This document shows, piece by piece, positions 55,326-64,000 of a stretch of DNA of 64,000 bases (positions are counted from its first letter, which is position 1; each line of letters begins with the position of its first letter). Source of the DNA: Polyangiales bacterium (GTDB taxonomy: Bacteria; Myxococcota_A; Polyangia; Polyangiales; Polyangiaceae). The stretch lies in contig JBBRNJ010000035.1 of the NCBI GenBank assembly GCA_038230375.1, positions 21,379 through 85,378 on the forward strand, in the 5' to 3' direction. The notes below the pieces were generated by a model. The model ran no database searches. It saw only the letters and a program-made list of their open reading frames with translations, and had not been told where the DNA came from. The translations under genes and the position numbers were made by a program.

Positions 55326-55976
55326 TCACTTGGGCGCCCGCGCCATGGCGAGCGCAACGCGCAGATGTTCGCGCGCCACGTCCGAGATCCGCGCCGCCTT
55401 CAGCAGCTCCGCCTCACCCTTGCCCCGCGGGAAGAGATACACGTCGCTCGACGTGAAGATGCCAGCGTTCGACGTGGTCGTGGCAATAACCACGGTGCCA
55501 TCGGTGGTGTCGATCACATCGACGCGATCCTTCGGATAGCTGCGCGTATCAGCCGGCGCCGCGAAATTCGCAGGGACGAGCGTGCGCGATGCGGCCAACG
55601 CGAAGCCGGGCGGCGCTCGCGGCTCGTCCTCCATGACCAGACGCGTGAGCCGCTTCATCTTCTCTTTCGGCACGCGAAAGGACAGCTGCCGCTCGTCCGT
55701 GAACGCCAACCACACGAGCCCGCGCTCCAGGCCTCGCTCGCGCGCATACGGGTCGGAGAGCGGAACGCCCGAGTAGACCTCCGCCTGGTAGTCCATCGAG
55801 AACGTCTCCGCACGCTCCAGCACGCGCAGCGTCGGTGCATGCGGCGCTGCCGGCGCGGGGACCACGCTCTGGGTCTTCTTCAGCGCGGGCGGCTTCCTTT
55901 GACCGGCGCCCAGCGACGTCGTGGTGACGCCCGCCATGGCGAGGACGAGCAATATTGTGGCGTAGGCCTTTTGCAT
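55326..55976 (-). CDS. Hypothetical secreted protein
   Basis: N-terminal hydrophobic signal; fills the gap in the minus-strand gene run. Confidence 0.55.
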   Translation of the reverse strand: MQKAYATILLVLAMAGVTTTSLGAGQRKPPALKKTQSVVPAPAAPHAPTLRVLERAETFSMDYQAEVYSGVPLSDPYARERGLERGLVWLAFTDERQLSFRVPKEKMKRLTRLVMEDEPRAPPGFALAASRTLVPANFAAPADTRSYPKDRVDVIDTTDGTVVIATTTSNAGIFTSSDVYLFPRGKGEAELLKAARISDVAREHLRVALAMARAPK

Positions 55977-56029
55977 CCTGCGGCGACCATGACCCGGACC
56001 GCGCGTGGCTGCCAAATTTGTGGCGAAGC

Positions 56030-58012
56030 CTAGATCTCGACCTGGATACCGAGCTCGACCACTTGTCCGGGCGGTAGCTTGAAGAACGCGCTGGCGGCGA
56101 CGGCGTTCTGGCTGAGCATCTTGAAGAACACCTTCCGCGGCAGACTCATCTTCGACTTGCCGGTGAAGACCAGTGACTCGCGCCCCAGGAAGAACGAGAG
56201 CTCCTTCGGGTTCACCTTCGCGCCATGCAGGTTCATCTGGCCGATGATCTTCGGAATGTCTGGCGACTCCATGAAGCCGTAGACGATCTTGGCGCTATGC
56301 ACGCCCTCGCCCAGATCCGTCACCTCTGCAATGCGCTCGCTCTCCGGCACCTCCGGCTGGTGCTTCGTCTGCACCGTGAGGAAGATGATGTTCTCGTGCA
56401 GCGTCTTCGCATGCTTGAAATAGTGGATGAGCGAGTGCGGCACGCCCGTGTTGCTGCTCATGAAGACGGCGGTGCCCTTCACGCGGATGGGCTTCTCCTC
56501 CCGAAGGCTGGACAGAAAGAGCTCCGTGGGCAGCGCGGCGGCCTGCAACACTGCGGCCAGCGCCGCACGACCCTTGCGCCACGTCAGCATGGTGAACGCG
56601 GTAGCGAGCGCGATCATGAGGGTGATGTAGCCGCCCTCGAAGAACTGCGTCGCGTTGCTGACGAAGAACAGGATATCCACCAGGATGAGCGCGGTGCACA
56701 CCGGGCCAATGACGTACCACCGCCACTTCCAGACGCGCGTGGCGACCAGGTAGAACAGCACCGTGGTGAACGCCATGGTACCCGTCACCGCAAGGCCGTA
56801 CGCCGGCGCAAGGTTGTGCGAGCTCTTGAACGCCAGCACCAGCGCGATGCACAGCACCAGGTAGGTCCAGTTGACCTCGGGAATGTAGATCTGCCCTTCT
56901 ACATCGGCGTTCGTGTGGACCACGGAGACGCGCGGAAATAGGCCCAGCTGCATGGCCTGGTTGGTGAGCGAGAACGCGCCAGAGATCAGCGCCTGGCTCG
57001 CGATGATCGTGGCGAGCCAGCTGATGATGACCAGCGAGTAGACGTACATCGGAGACGACGGCACGAGCGAGTAGAAGACGTTGCCGTCGACGATGGCCTC
57101 CGCGTCCAGCATGCGCGCGCCCTGGCCCAGGTAGTTGATGGTCAGCGCCGGCCAGACGATCCAGTACCAGGCGCGGCGAACGGCAGGTCGGCCGAAATGC
57201 CCCATGTCTGCGTAGAGCGCCTCGCAGCCGGTGATGCAGAGGTCGACGGAACCGATCACGTAGAGCGTGGCCCTTGGGAACTTGAACATGTAGCGCGCCG
57301 CGTAGGTGGGGTTCACGGCGGCGATCACCTCTGGATGCTTCCAGAAATTCAGAGCGCCCATCACGGCCAGGGCCGCAAACCACACCATCATCGCGGGAGC
57401 GAAGATGGCGCCGACCCTCTGCGTGCCCACGCGCTGGATCGCGAAGAGCACTATCAGCGTGCCAACGGAGAGCCATGGGATGTACGGCGACCACCTGTGC
57501 GTGACGACCTCGAGCCCCTCCCACGCCGACATGATCGACAGCGAGGGCGTGATCACGCCGTCCCCCAGGATCATGCCCGAGCCGAGCACCGCCATCGCAA
57601 CCACGACGAACATGGCCTTCTGCGTGAAGAGCTTCGCCGCCTTGTCCTTCAAGAGCGCGAGGATGGAGAACATGCCGCCCTCGCCCAGGTTGTCGGCGCG
57701 CATGATCAAGACGACGTACTTCAACGTGACGACGAACGCGATCGCCCAGAAGAAGAGCGACGTCCAGCCCAGCACCTCGTCCCGGCCATAATACTGGCCG
57801 AAGCTCATGGTGACCTTCTCCTTGATGCCGTGCGTGGAGGAGAGATGGGACGAGACGGTCTCGCTCATGGCGTAGAGCGGCGACGTTCCGATGTCACCGA
57901 ACACGACGCCCAGCGCGGCCCAGACAAGTGCGCGCATCGGCGCGCGCGGGTGATGAGGCAGATCGCGTTGCGATGGGGGATGGGCGACCGAGCCCGGCGC
58001 TACAGGGGACAT
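56030..58012 (-). CDS. kup: KUP/HAK/KT potassium transporter
   Basis: GVVFGDIGTSPLY, ADN.GEGG, GDGVITP, EALYADMGHF, GQIYIPEVN, YGFME. Confidence 0.96.
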   Translation of the reverse strand: MSPVAPGSVAHPPSQRDLPHHPRAPMRALVWAALGVVFGDIGTSPLYAMSETVSSHLSSTHGIKEKVTMSFGQYYGRDEVLGWTSLFFWAIAFVVTLKYVVLIMRADNLGEGGMFSILALLKDKAAKLFTQKAMFVVVAMAVLGSGMILGDGVITPSLSIMSAWEGLEVVTHRWSPYIPWLSVGTLIVLFAIQRVGTQRVGAIFAPAMMVWFAALAVMGALNFWKHPEVIAAVNPTYAARYMFKFPRATLYVIGSVDLCITGCEALYADMGHFGRPAVRRAWYWIVWPALTINYLGQGARMLDAEAIVDGNVFYSLVPSSPMYVYSLVIISWLATIIASQALISGAFSLTNQAMQLGLFPRVSVVHTNADVEGQIYIPEVNWTYLVLCIALVLAFKSSHNLAPAYGLAVTGTMAFTTVLFYLVATRVWKWRWYVIGPVCTALILVDILFFVSNATQFFEGGYITLMIALATAFTMLTWRKGRAALAAVLQAAALPTELFLSSLREEKPIRVKGTAVFMSSNTGVPHSLIHYFKHAKTLHENIIFLTVQTKHQPEVPESERIAEVTDLGEGVHSAKIVYGFMESPDIPKIIGQMNLHGAKVNPKELSFFLGRESLVFTGKSKMSLPRKVFFKMLSQNAVAASAFFKLPPGQVVELGIQVEI

Positions 58013-58065
58013 GTTGAACGAACGTATGCACCCGCGCGCCCGCGCTGTCCCTGCGCGAGTGCGTG

Positions 58066-58094
58066 TTTACCGCAGTATTTATGCTTTCTTTATG
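58066..58094. promoter_or_regulatory. KdpE-like TTTA direct-repeat box upstream of kup
   Basis: TTTA at 58066, 58078, 58089 (TTTATGCTTTCTTTATG). Confidence 0.35.
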
Positions 58095-60117
58095 TGTCCA
58101 CGGCGAAGAAGCGCACGGTGCGTGCAGGGACCGCCACGTTGAACGCGCCCTGCGTACCGGTGATGACCTTGATGGTGCGCGTGTCTCGCGCGACAAGGTC
58201 AGTGAGCGTGCGTGCGCCGCGGATCGAGACGTTGGTGGTGACGGGCGCGCCGGTGGGATTCATCACGAACGCCGCGCGCATCACGCCACGGTCGTCGTCG
58301 TGGACGGAGACGTGAACGTCGGCCACGTCGGCCAGGAACGTGGGGAGCGAGAGCTCCTCGATGCGACGTGCAACGAGCGCGTCGATGCGCGGCAGATCAC
58401 CGTGCGTCTCGATCTCCAGACCGCGTACGTCCAACGGCTCCGCGAGTGGCCGCATGTTGCCGTCGCGCGTGGGAACGTCCGGACCCATGGTGACAGCGAC
58501 GTCGCGCTTCCTCGCAGCGCGCAGCTCCGCGATGAACTTTGGCTTGATACCCGCGGTGATGGCCGCGACGATCCACTTCGCCGACCTGGTGCTGACCGCG
58601 AGCGTCTCGCCACCTGCATACGCGAACGGCACGCCGCGCGTGGAGAGCGAGCGCTCGAACGCGCGAAGGAACGCCTCCGCACGCATGGGCGGCACCTCGC
58701 CCGTGCCCAGGTCGTCCTCGAGCACGCTCTCTTGCGCCCCCGCGCCGAGCAGATTGAAGAGCGCAGGCGTGATGGGCCCGAACGCGTGCATCGCGCGCTG
58801 CAGCCTGCGCATCGCGCGTGTGGTGACCAGGCGCACGGGCGCGATGCGACGCAGCTCCGGAAAATTCACGTGATCCAGCGCGGACAGCAGCGCCTTGTAC
58901 TCATCCGCGAACGGCGTGGGATTGCCGCGCACGTCGATAGGCGCGCCCACCCAGCGATCACGGTTCACCGCCATGTAGAGATTGAACCCGCGCAGTCCGT
59001 ACGCGAGCGCGCACATGAGCGTGTAGATGGAGTCCTTCTCGTCCAGAGGGGCGAAGATGGGCGGGAAGCCCGCGCCGACCTCCGCGCCGTACGGCGGCGC
59101 ACCCCTTCCCTCGCAGCGGCTCGCGAGCTCCGACGTGCGTCGCATGATCGTGAGGTGATGCTGCGGGTTCGCCGGGTGGTAGTAGTCGAGCCCCACGAAG
59201 TCGAGCACGTCGGTGATGCGCGACGGGTTCAGCGCTGTCGCGGCCTCGCCCAGCGGGAAGTTGTGGAACGTGGGGATCTGATCCAGCCCGAGCGACTTCA
59301 TCTGCTCGGCCAGGCGCCGCATGCTGCCGGCCAGAAGATCCTCGTGGTACTCCATCCAGTCCAGGTGACGGGGGAGCGCATCAAGGGTGGTCGCGTCGAA
59401 GCGGTGCGGCGGGTTGGCCGTTGCGAACGCGAGCGTCTGGTCCTGCCATGCGTCGCGCAGGTCGCGCACATGGCTGTACTTTGCACGCAAAAAAGACCGG
59501 AAAAGCCGGATGGAATCGGGGTGGTAGTCCTGATCGTACGGGCCGTCACGGAAGTACATGGCGCCTTCGTTGTCGACCTGGAGCAGCACCACCGGCCCGT
59601 TCGGGTACTGCAGGGGCGCGCACAGCCGCGACACCTCGGCGAGCCACTCACCGCTCGCCTCGAAGAAGGCCTCGCTCGCGTAGCTCGGAACGGGGAACGC
59701 GGTGGGGATGAGCGGCAGCACGACGGGATTGCCCGCGGGTGTCTTCGCCTGACACTCGGGTGACCAGACGATTCGCTCAGGCAGGCCAAAGTAGGAGAGC
59801 TCCGCGTTGATGTGCGGACCGGGACGAACCACCGCGTACATGCCACGCGCGTGGATCTCGCGAAGGAACTTCACCAGGTCCTTGTTGCCCGTGAAGTCGA
59901 ACGTGCCCGGCGCCTGCTCATGCACACCCCACGGCACGTAGGTGTCGACCAGGCGGAGGCCGATCGCCTTCATGGCGTCCAGCGCGGGCGCCCACGCGGA
60001 CACGTCGTGACGGAAGTAATGCATGGAGCCGGCGTAGAGCGGCAGCTTCTCCTTGTCGCCAAGGACGAGCCCCGCGCCAGATACGGTGACAGCCGGGCGC
60101 TTCTTCGCCGGGCTCAT
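58090..60117 (-). CDS. GH35/GH42-type beta-galactosidase-family glycoside hydrolase
   Basis: GSMHYFR, TYVPW..HE, RPGPHINAE, QVDNE acid/base, AE..AG nucleophile. Confidence 0.88.
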   Translation of the reverse strand: MSPAKKRPAVTVSGAGLVLGDKEKLPLYAGSMHYFRHDVSAWAPALDAMKAIGLRLVDTYVPWGVHEQAPGTFDFTGNKDLVKFLREIHARGMYAVVRPGPHINAELSYFGLPERIVWSPECQAKTPAGNPVVLPLIPTAFPVPSYASEAFFEASGEWLAEVSRLCAPLQYPNGPVVLLQVDNEGAMYFRDGPYDQDYHPDSIRLFRSFLRAKYSHVRDLRDAWQDQTLAFATANPPHRFDATTLDALPRHLDWMEYHEDLLAGSMRRLAEQMKSLGLDQIPTFHNFPLGEAATALNPSRITDVLDFVGLDYYHPANPQHHLTIMRRTSELASRCEGRGAPPYGAEVGAGFPPIFAPLDEKDSIYTLMCALAYGLRGFNLYMAVNRDRWVGAPIDVRGNPTPFADEYKALLSALDHVNFPELRRIAPVRLVTTRAMRRLQRAMHAFGPITPALFNLLGAGAQESVLEDDLGTGEVPPMRAEAFLRAFERSLSTRGVPFAYAGGETLAVSTRSAKWIVAAITAGIKPKFIAELRAARKRDVAVTMGPDVPTRDGNMRPLAEPLDVRGLEIETHGDLPRIDALVARRIEELSLPTFLADVADVHVSVHDDDRGVMRAAFVMNPTGAPVTTNVSIRGARTLTDLVARDTRTIKVITGTQGAFNVAVPARTVRFFAVDT

Positions 60118-60118
60118 C

Positions 60119-61174
60119 TCACGCGTACTCCGCGCCCAGTGTTCGTGCGAGCAACGCGTCCAGAGCAGCCATGTCCTTGTCGCCGCTCAGGCGCGAGAGC
60201 GCGACCTTCACCTTGCGCACCGTGGGCGTGACGAACTTCAGGAACGACGAGTTGTTCTTGGTCTTGTCGATGAACACGAAGCGACCTGCGTCCTTCAGCT
60301 TGCGCTGGACGGTGACCAGATCGAACTCCAGTACGACGGCGCGTGCGTCGTCGCCTGAAAGGCCGCGCGCGGCTGCGTACTCTGCGAGGCGCTCTTCGAC
60401 GAAGGCGCGATCGAACTCCTGGTAGCTGTCGTTCAGGAGCGCGACCAGATCGTAGACGCGCGGTCCCATCAGCGCGTCCTGGAAGTCGATCCACACCAGC
60501 GAGCCTTCGTCGCGGACCATCAGGTTGCGCGATTGATAGTCGCGATGGACAAAGCCGCGTGACAGCCCTGCGATGCGCTTTGCGAGTCGTGACGCGAGGC
60601 GGTCGAACAAGGCGCGGTCGTCCGGGGAGAGCGACATGCCCCGCCCCTCGATGCCCCACTCACGGAAGTGCTCTATCTCCCAGAGCAGAAGATCTTCGTC
60701 GAACGCACGCGTGCGGACGATCGACTCGGGCGGCAGGTCCGTGAGCGCCTCCTGCGCGCGCGCCAGATCCGTGACCGCGCGTGTGTAGACGCTCTTCTTT
60801 GCGTCGGGGCGGCGCAGGAGGAAGTTCGCGAGCGTGTCCTCGCCCAGGTCCTCGAGCAAGAGCCAGCCATCCTCCGATGCGTCGACCAGGATGTGAGGTA
60901 CGTCGATGCCGCGCTCCGACAGTAGATCGCGTACCTCCAGGAACGGCCAGCGCGTGGCGTGCACGCCCTTGTGGATCTCCTCCGGCTTGCCGCCCTCCGG
61001 GACGAACATGGCCACGGCCGTGCGCGCGCCGTGCTCCAGCGGCTGGATGCTCACGCGGAAATACTTTCGCGTGGATGCGCCACCGGGCATCGCGATCTCG
61101 GACCACGTGGCGCCCGGCGAAAACGCTGCGACGAGCTTGCCGATCTCGGCGGTTTGGAGCTGCCTCACGGGCAC
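60119..61174 (-). CDS. APH-family sugar kinase, AmgK-like
   Basis: GGASTRKYFR, LEDLG, HRDYQSRNLM, IDFQDALMG...YDL, QR.LK..G.F. Confidence 0.85.
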   Translation of the reverse strand: MPVRQLQTAEIGKLVAAFSPGATWSEIAMPGGASTRKYFRVSIQPLEHGARTAVAMFVPEGGKPEEIHKGVHATRWPFLEVRDLLSERGIDVPHILVDASEDGWLLLEDLGEDTLANFLLRRPDAKKSVYTRAVTDLARAQEALTDLPPESIVRTRAFDEDLLLWEIEHFREWGIEGRGMSLSPDDRALFDRLASRLAKRIAGLSRGFVHRDYQSRNLMVRDEGSLVWIDFQDALMGPRVYDLVALLNDSYQEFDRAFVEERLAEYAAARGLSGDDARAVVLEFDLVTVQRKLKDAGRFVFIDKTKNNSSFLKFVTPTVRKVKVALSRLSGDKDMAALDALLARTLGAEYA

Positions 61175-61208
61175 GGGAACCTAGCCCAAACACCCCACCA
61201 AGACACAG

Positions 61209-62324
61209 CTACTTCTGGTGCACTTCGGCGATGCGCTTGCTCATGCGGCCAATCGTTCGCAGGAGCGAGTCACGGTTGATCGGCTTGCGGAGGAGCGGGC
61301 GACCGTCCGGCGCGGAGCCATGGCTGCTCACGAAGATCATCTGCGCCGCAAGGGCAGGCCACTTGCGCTTGACGGTCTCGTACATCTGGGCGCCGGTCAG
61401 CTCCGGCAGCTCCACCTTGCTCAAGATGATCTCGAAGTCGGTGTCCGCGGCGAGAAACTCCAGTGCCATCTGCCCAGTCGACGCGTGGACCACGTCCAGT
61501 GGGCTCAGCATGCGCTGCAGGAGCTTCGCATACGAGTCGTCGTCGTCGACGAGCAGGACGCGTGGACCGCCGCTCTTCTCCTTCTGGCGGCCGGAGTCGG
61601 CCGGGGGCACGGAGCTCTGCACGCGGCCGCGAAGGGCCTCCGTGCGCTGGCTTTGCGGGGGCGCGTCCGAGCGATCGAAGACGGGGGGCGCGGAGTGGTT
61701 GTTGCGCTCCGGCGTGTTGCGCTGAGCGCCGTTGCGCTCCGGGGTGTTGCGCGGGGGTATCCGCGAATCGCGGCCGTCAGCGCTGCCCTCTTGTTCGGCC
61801 TCGGGGAGGCGCCCGGGGGAGCCGCTTGTGCGGTTCGAGTCCGGTCGCTTGCCGATGCGCAGGAACGACGACGCGCGCTCCATGTCCTCAGCGGTCTGAT
61901 CGACCGAGCGTGCGATCGCGAGGGCATGCACGATGTCGATGATCGCGGAGCACTCGGCCACGAGCGGATCGTCGCCTGCCAGCTCCTCGGACCGCAGCGA
62001 ATGGATCAGCGCCAGACGGATGATGCGCGTCGTGGCGTCCGCGGGCGAGGTGTCACCGGCGTACGCGTATCGCATGGCCGCGTCGAGGGCCAGGCGTGCC
62101 ACGTCGGCCTCGCCCATCTGTCCCGCGTCGATGGAGAGCGCGCGCCAGAGATCGTGGTCGCGCATGACGGCCGCGCAGGCCAGCGCCGCGCCGATCTTGA
62201 GGCGCGTGCGAGCGCCACCGGTTCCCAGCAAGCTCTCCAGCTCGATCGCGAGGTCGCGCGCCACAGGGGGCAGCACCTGATACATCGTCGTGAGAGACCT
62301 GACGGATTCCTGCTGCTTCATCAA
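61209..62324 (-). CDS. Helical N-domain + C-terminal pseudo-receiver domain protein
   Basis: VLLVDDD, A.TG..AL, IILSKVELP (K at the phospho-Asp position), LRKP. Confidence 0.75.
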   Translation of the reverse strand: MMKQQESVRSLTTMYQVLPPVARDLAIELESLLGTGGARTRLKIGAALACAAVMRDHDLWRALSIDAGQMGEADVARLALDAAMRYAYAGDTSPADATTRIIRLALIHSLRSEELAGDDPLVAECSAIIDIVHALAIARSVDQTAEDMERASSFLRIGKRPDSNRTSGSPGRLPEAEQEGSADGRDSRIPPRNTPERNGAQRNTPERNNHSAPPVFDRSDAPPQSQRTEALRGRVQSSVPPADSGRQKEKSGGPRVLLVDDDDSYAKLLQRMLSPLDVVHASTGQMALEFLAADTDFEIILSKVELPELTGAQMYETVKRKWPALAAQMIFVSSHGSAPDGRPLLRKPINRDSLLRTIGRMSKRIAEVHQK

Positions 62325-62512
62325 ATCTACCTGTGCTGCTTGTGCGGCCGATCGATCAGCCCACTCCCACTGCCTCTGGTGCAGCTCGGGAGGCTTTGCC
62401 GTCGGTGGCCAGTCTCACCCACGAACGGCTCATTCGCAATGGACCCTGAGCCAGCTCAAGCAGATGAGACGTGACGAAGGTCCGTCGCGCTCCGTGCTGG
62501 CGACCGAAAGCC

Positions 62513-64000
62513 CTATTTTTGGACGAAAATGCGGGTCTGCCGCGCCGGAATGGTCGCGTTCGGGCCGGTGGTGGGCGTGTTCGTGACCAGCTCCGTGAGG
62601 GCGCCGGCGGGCAGTCCGGAGATGGGTTTGTCGTTGTCGGAGCGGTTGATGCCCACCCAGACGTTGTCGCCAGTCGTGGTGCGGACGAAGACCCAGGTGT
62701 CGTCATCCACGCTGATGTTGGAGCGGGTGCCACGGCGCAGCGCGGGGTGCGCGGCGCGGATCTTGTTGAGCGTGGCGATGCGGTCGTGGACGAAGGTCTG
62801 GTTCGCGGTCCACCCGGTGAACGTCATCATGCGGCGGTTGTCGGGATCGCCGCCGCCCGGCATCGCGATCTCGTCGCCGTAGTAGATGAGCGGGGCGCCG
62901 CGGTTCGTGAGCAAGAGGCCGAAGGCGTTGGCGAGGCGCTCGTAGGCCTCCTTCTCCGGTGGCAGACCAGGCTGGTTCTGCCACGAGCGATCCTTGCCGT
63001 CGGACGCTTGATCGCCCCACAGCGGCGCGTTCTGCGCGAGGTGAATCGCGCGCGGCAGATCGTGGTTGCCGATGAACGTGCTCATGACGGCATCGCCTCC
63101 GTAGAAGTAGTCGTTGCCGCCCATGAACGCGGCAAGGTCGCTCATCTTCTCGCTGCGGAGCAGGACGGTGTTCACCACCTGCGCACGTAGCGGGAAGTCG
63201 AACTGGCCATCGAGCTTGCTCGCGGGGTCCACGAAGCTCTTGATGAAACCCTGGTTCCCGAAGTCGTAGGTCTCACCCACCATGTAGAAGCGCGACTGCT
63301 TGGGCAGCCCGGGGATGACCTGGCTCGTGATCTGCGCGCGCAGCTGGGTCAGCCACGAGATGTCGACGTGCTTGATCGCGTCCAGGCGGAAGCCGTCCAC
63401 CTTGGTGTCCACCGCGAGCTGCACGGCGTTTCCGACCGAGAAATCACGGGCAGCGGCGTTGGTGTAGTTCCAGTGCGGCAGGTAGTCCGTGAACCAGCAG
63501 CGCTGTGCCTCCGCGTTCCAGTCGCAGCCCTGGCCGCAGATGCAGTTGCCGCCGCCGTTCGTGTTGGGCCAGAACCAATCGTTGTGTGCAGTATACACGG
63601 AGCTGTTGATCTGCACGTGCACCATGGCGTAGTCGAAGATGACCTTCAGGCCCTTCGTGTGCGCGGCGGCGACCAGATCAATGAGCTCCTGCTTGGTGCC
63701 GAAGCAGCTCTCCGTCTGCGTGGGGTCCGACGGCCAGTAGCCGTGGTACGCGGAGTACTTATGCGTGTCGCCGCCAGTGCCGGCGCCCGCGAACGTGTCC
63801 GCGTTCTTCACGGGGACGGTGAGCCAGAGGACGTTCGCGCCCAGGTCGGTGAAGTACCCCGCGTTGATCTTCGCCGTGACGCCGGCCCAGTCGCCGCCCT
63901 GGTAATTCGCGATCGACTTGTTGCCGACGCTCGCTCCACCGAAGCTCACTCCGGGGACGTCGCAGTTGTTGTTGGTGTTGCCGTCGAAGAAGCGATCGAC
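62513..64000 (-). CDS. GH13 alpha-amylase-family protein, 5'-truncated by window edge
   Basis: VDRFFDG, GGDW.G, YHGYW, DGFRLDAIKH, GE, FIGNHD, IYYGDE, DPDNR. Confidence 0.95.
   Translation of the reverse strand, partial: VDRFFDGNTNNNCDVPGVSFGGASVGNKSIANYQGGDWAGVTAKINAGYFTDLGANVLWLTVPVKNADTFAGAGTGGDTHKYSAYHGYWPSDPTQTESCFGTKQELIDLVAAAHTKGLKVIFDYAMVHVQINSSVYTAHNDWFWPNTNGGGNCICGQGCDWNAEAQRCWFTDYLPHWNYTNAAARDFSVGNAVQLAVDTKVDGFRLDAIKHVDISWLTQLRAQITSQVIPGLPKQSRFYMVGETYDFGNQGFIKSFVDPASKLDGQFDFPLRAQVVNTVLLRSEKMSDLAAFMGGNDYFYGGDAVMSTFIGNHDLPRAIHLAQNAPLWGDQASDGKDRSWQNQPGLPPEKEAYERLANAFGLLLTNRGAPLIYYGDEIAMPGGGDPDNRRMMTFTGWTANQTFVHDRIATLNKIRAAHPALRRGTRSNISVDDDTWVFVRTTTGDNVWVGINRSDNDKPISGLPAGALTELVTNTPTTGPNATIPARQTRIFVQK

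Overview
GC-rich, gene-dense bacterial chromosome segment. The Cys-rich lipoproteins, Ser/Thr kinase, FHA protein and TonB-fused receptor suggest a myxobacterium, probably Polyangiaceae-like (inference). About 55 CDS are supported. I saw no rRNA, tRNA, CRISPR array, integrase or transposase. Housekeeping and transport genes include RNase J, cyclophilin, a Ski2-like helicase, a TetR-RND efflux unit, kup, an AmgK-like kinase, GH35 and GH13. Highlights: (1) a translationally coupled minus-strand operon at 24850-27801 (small leader ORF, HTH-SpoIIE phosphatase, RsbW-like protein, STAS protein, divergent frameshifted LDH/MDH-family dehydrogenase), i.e. a sigma-less partner-switching module apparently wired to an enzyme; (2) a divergent Ser/Thr kinase / ECF sigma-RskA locus sharing a palindromic bidirectional SigK-like promoter; (3) a 998-aa lipoprotein that looks like a circularly permuted esterase; (4) a putative phosphate/anion-type outer-membrane uptake locus; (5) a recurrent YTCGAC microsatellite found both between genes and in frame within a gene. 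All calls are from motif recognition by eye; no searches were run.
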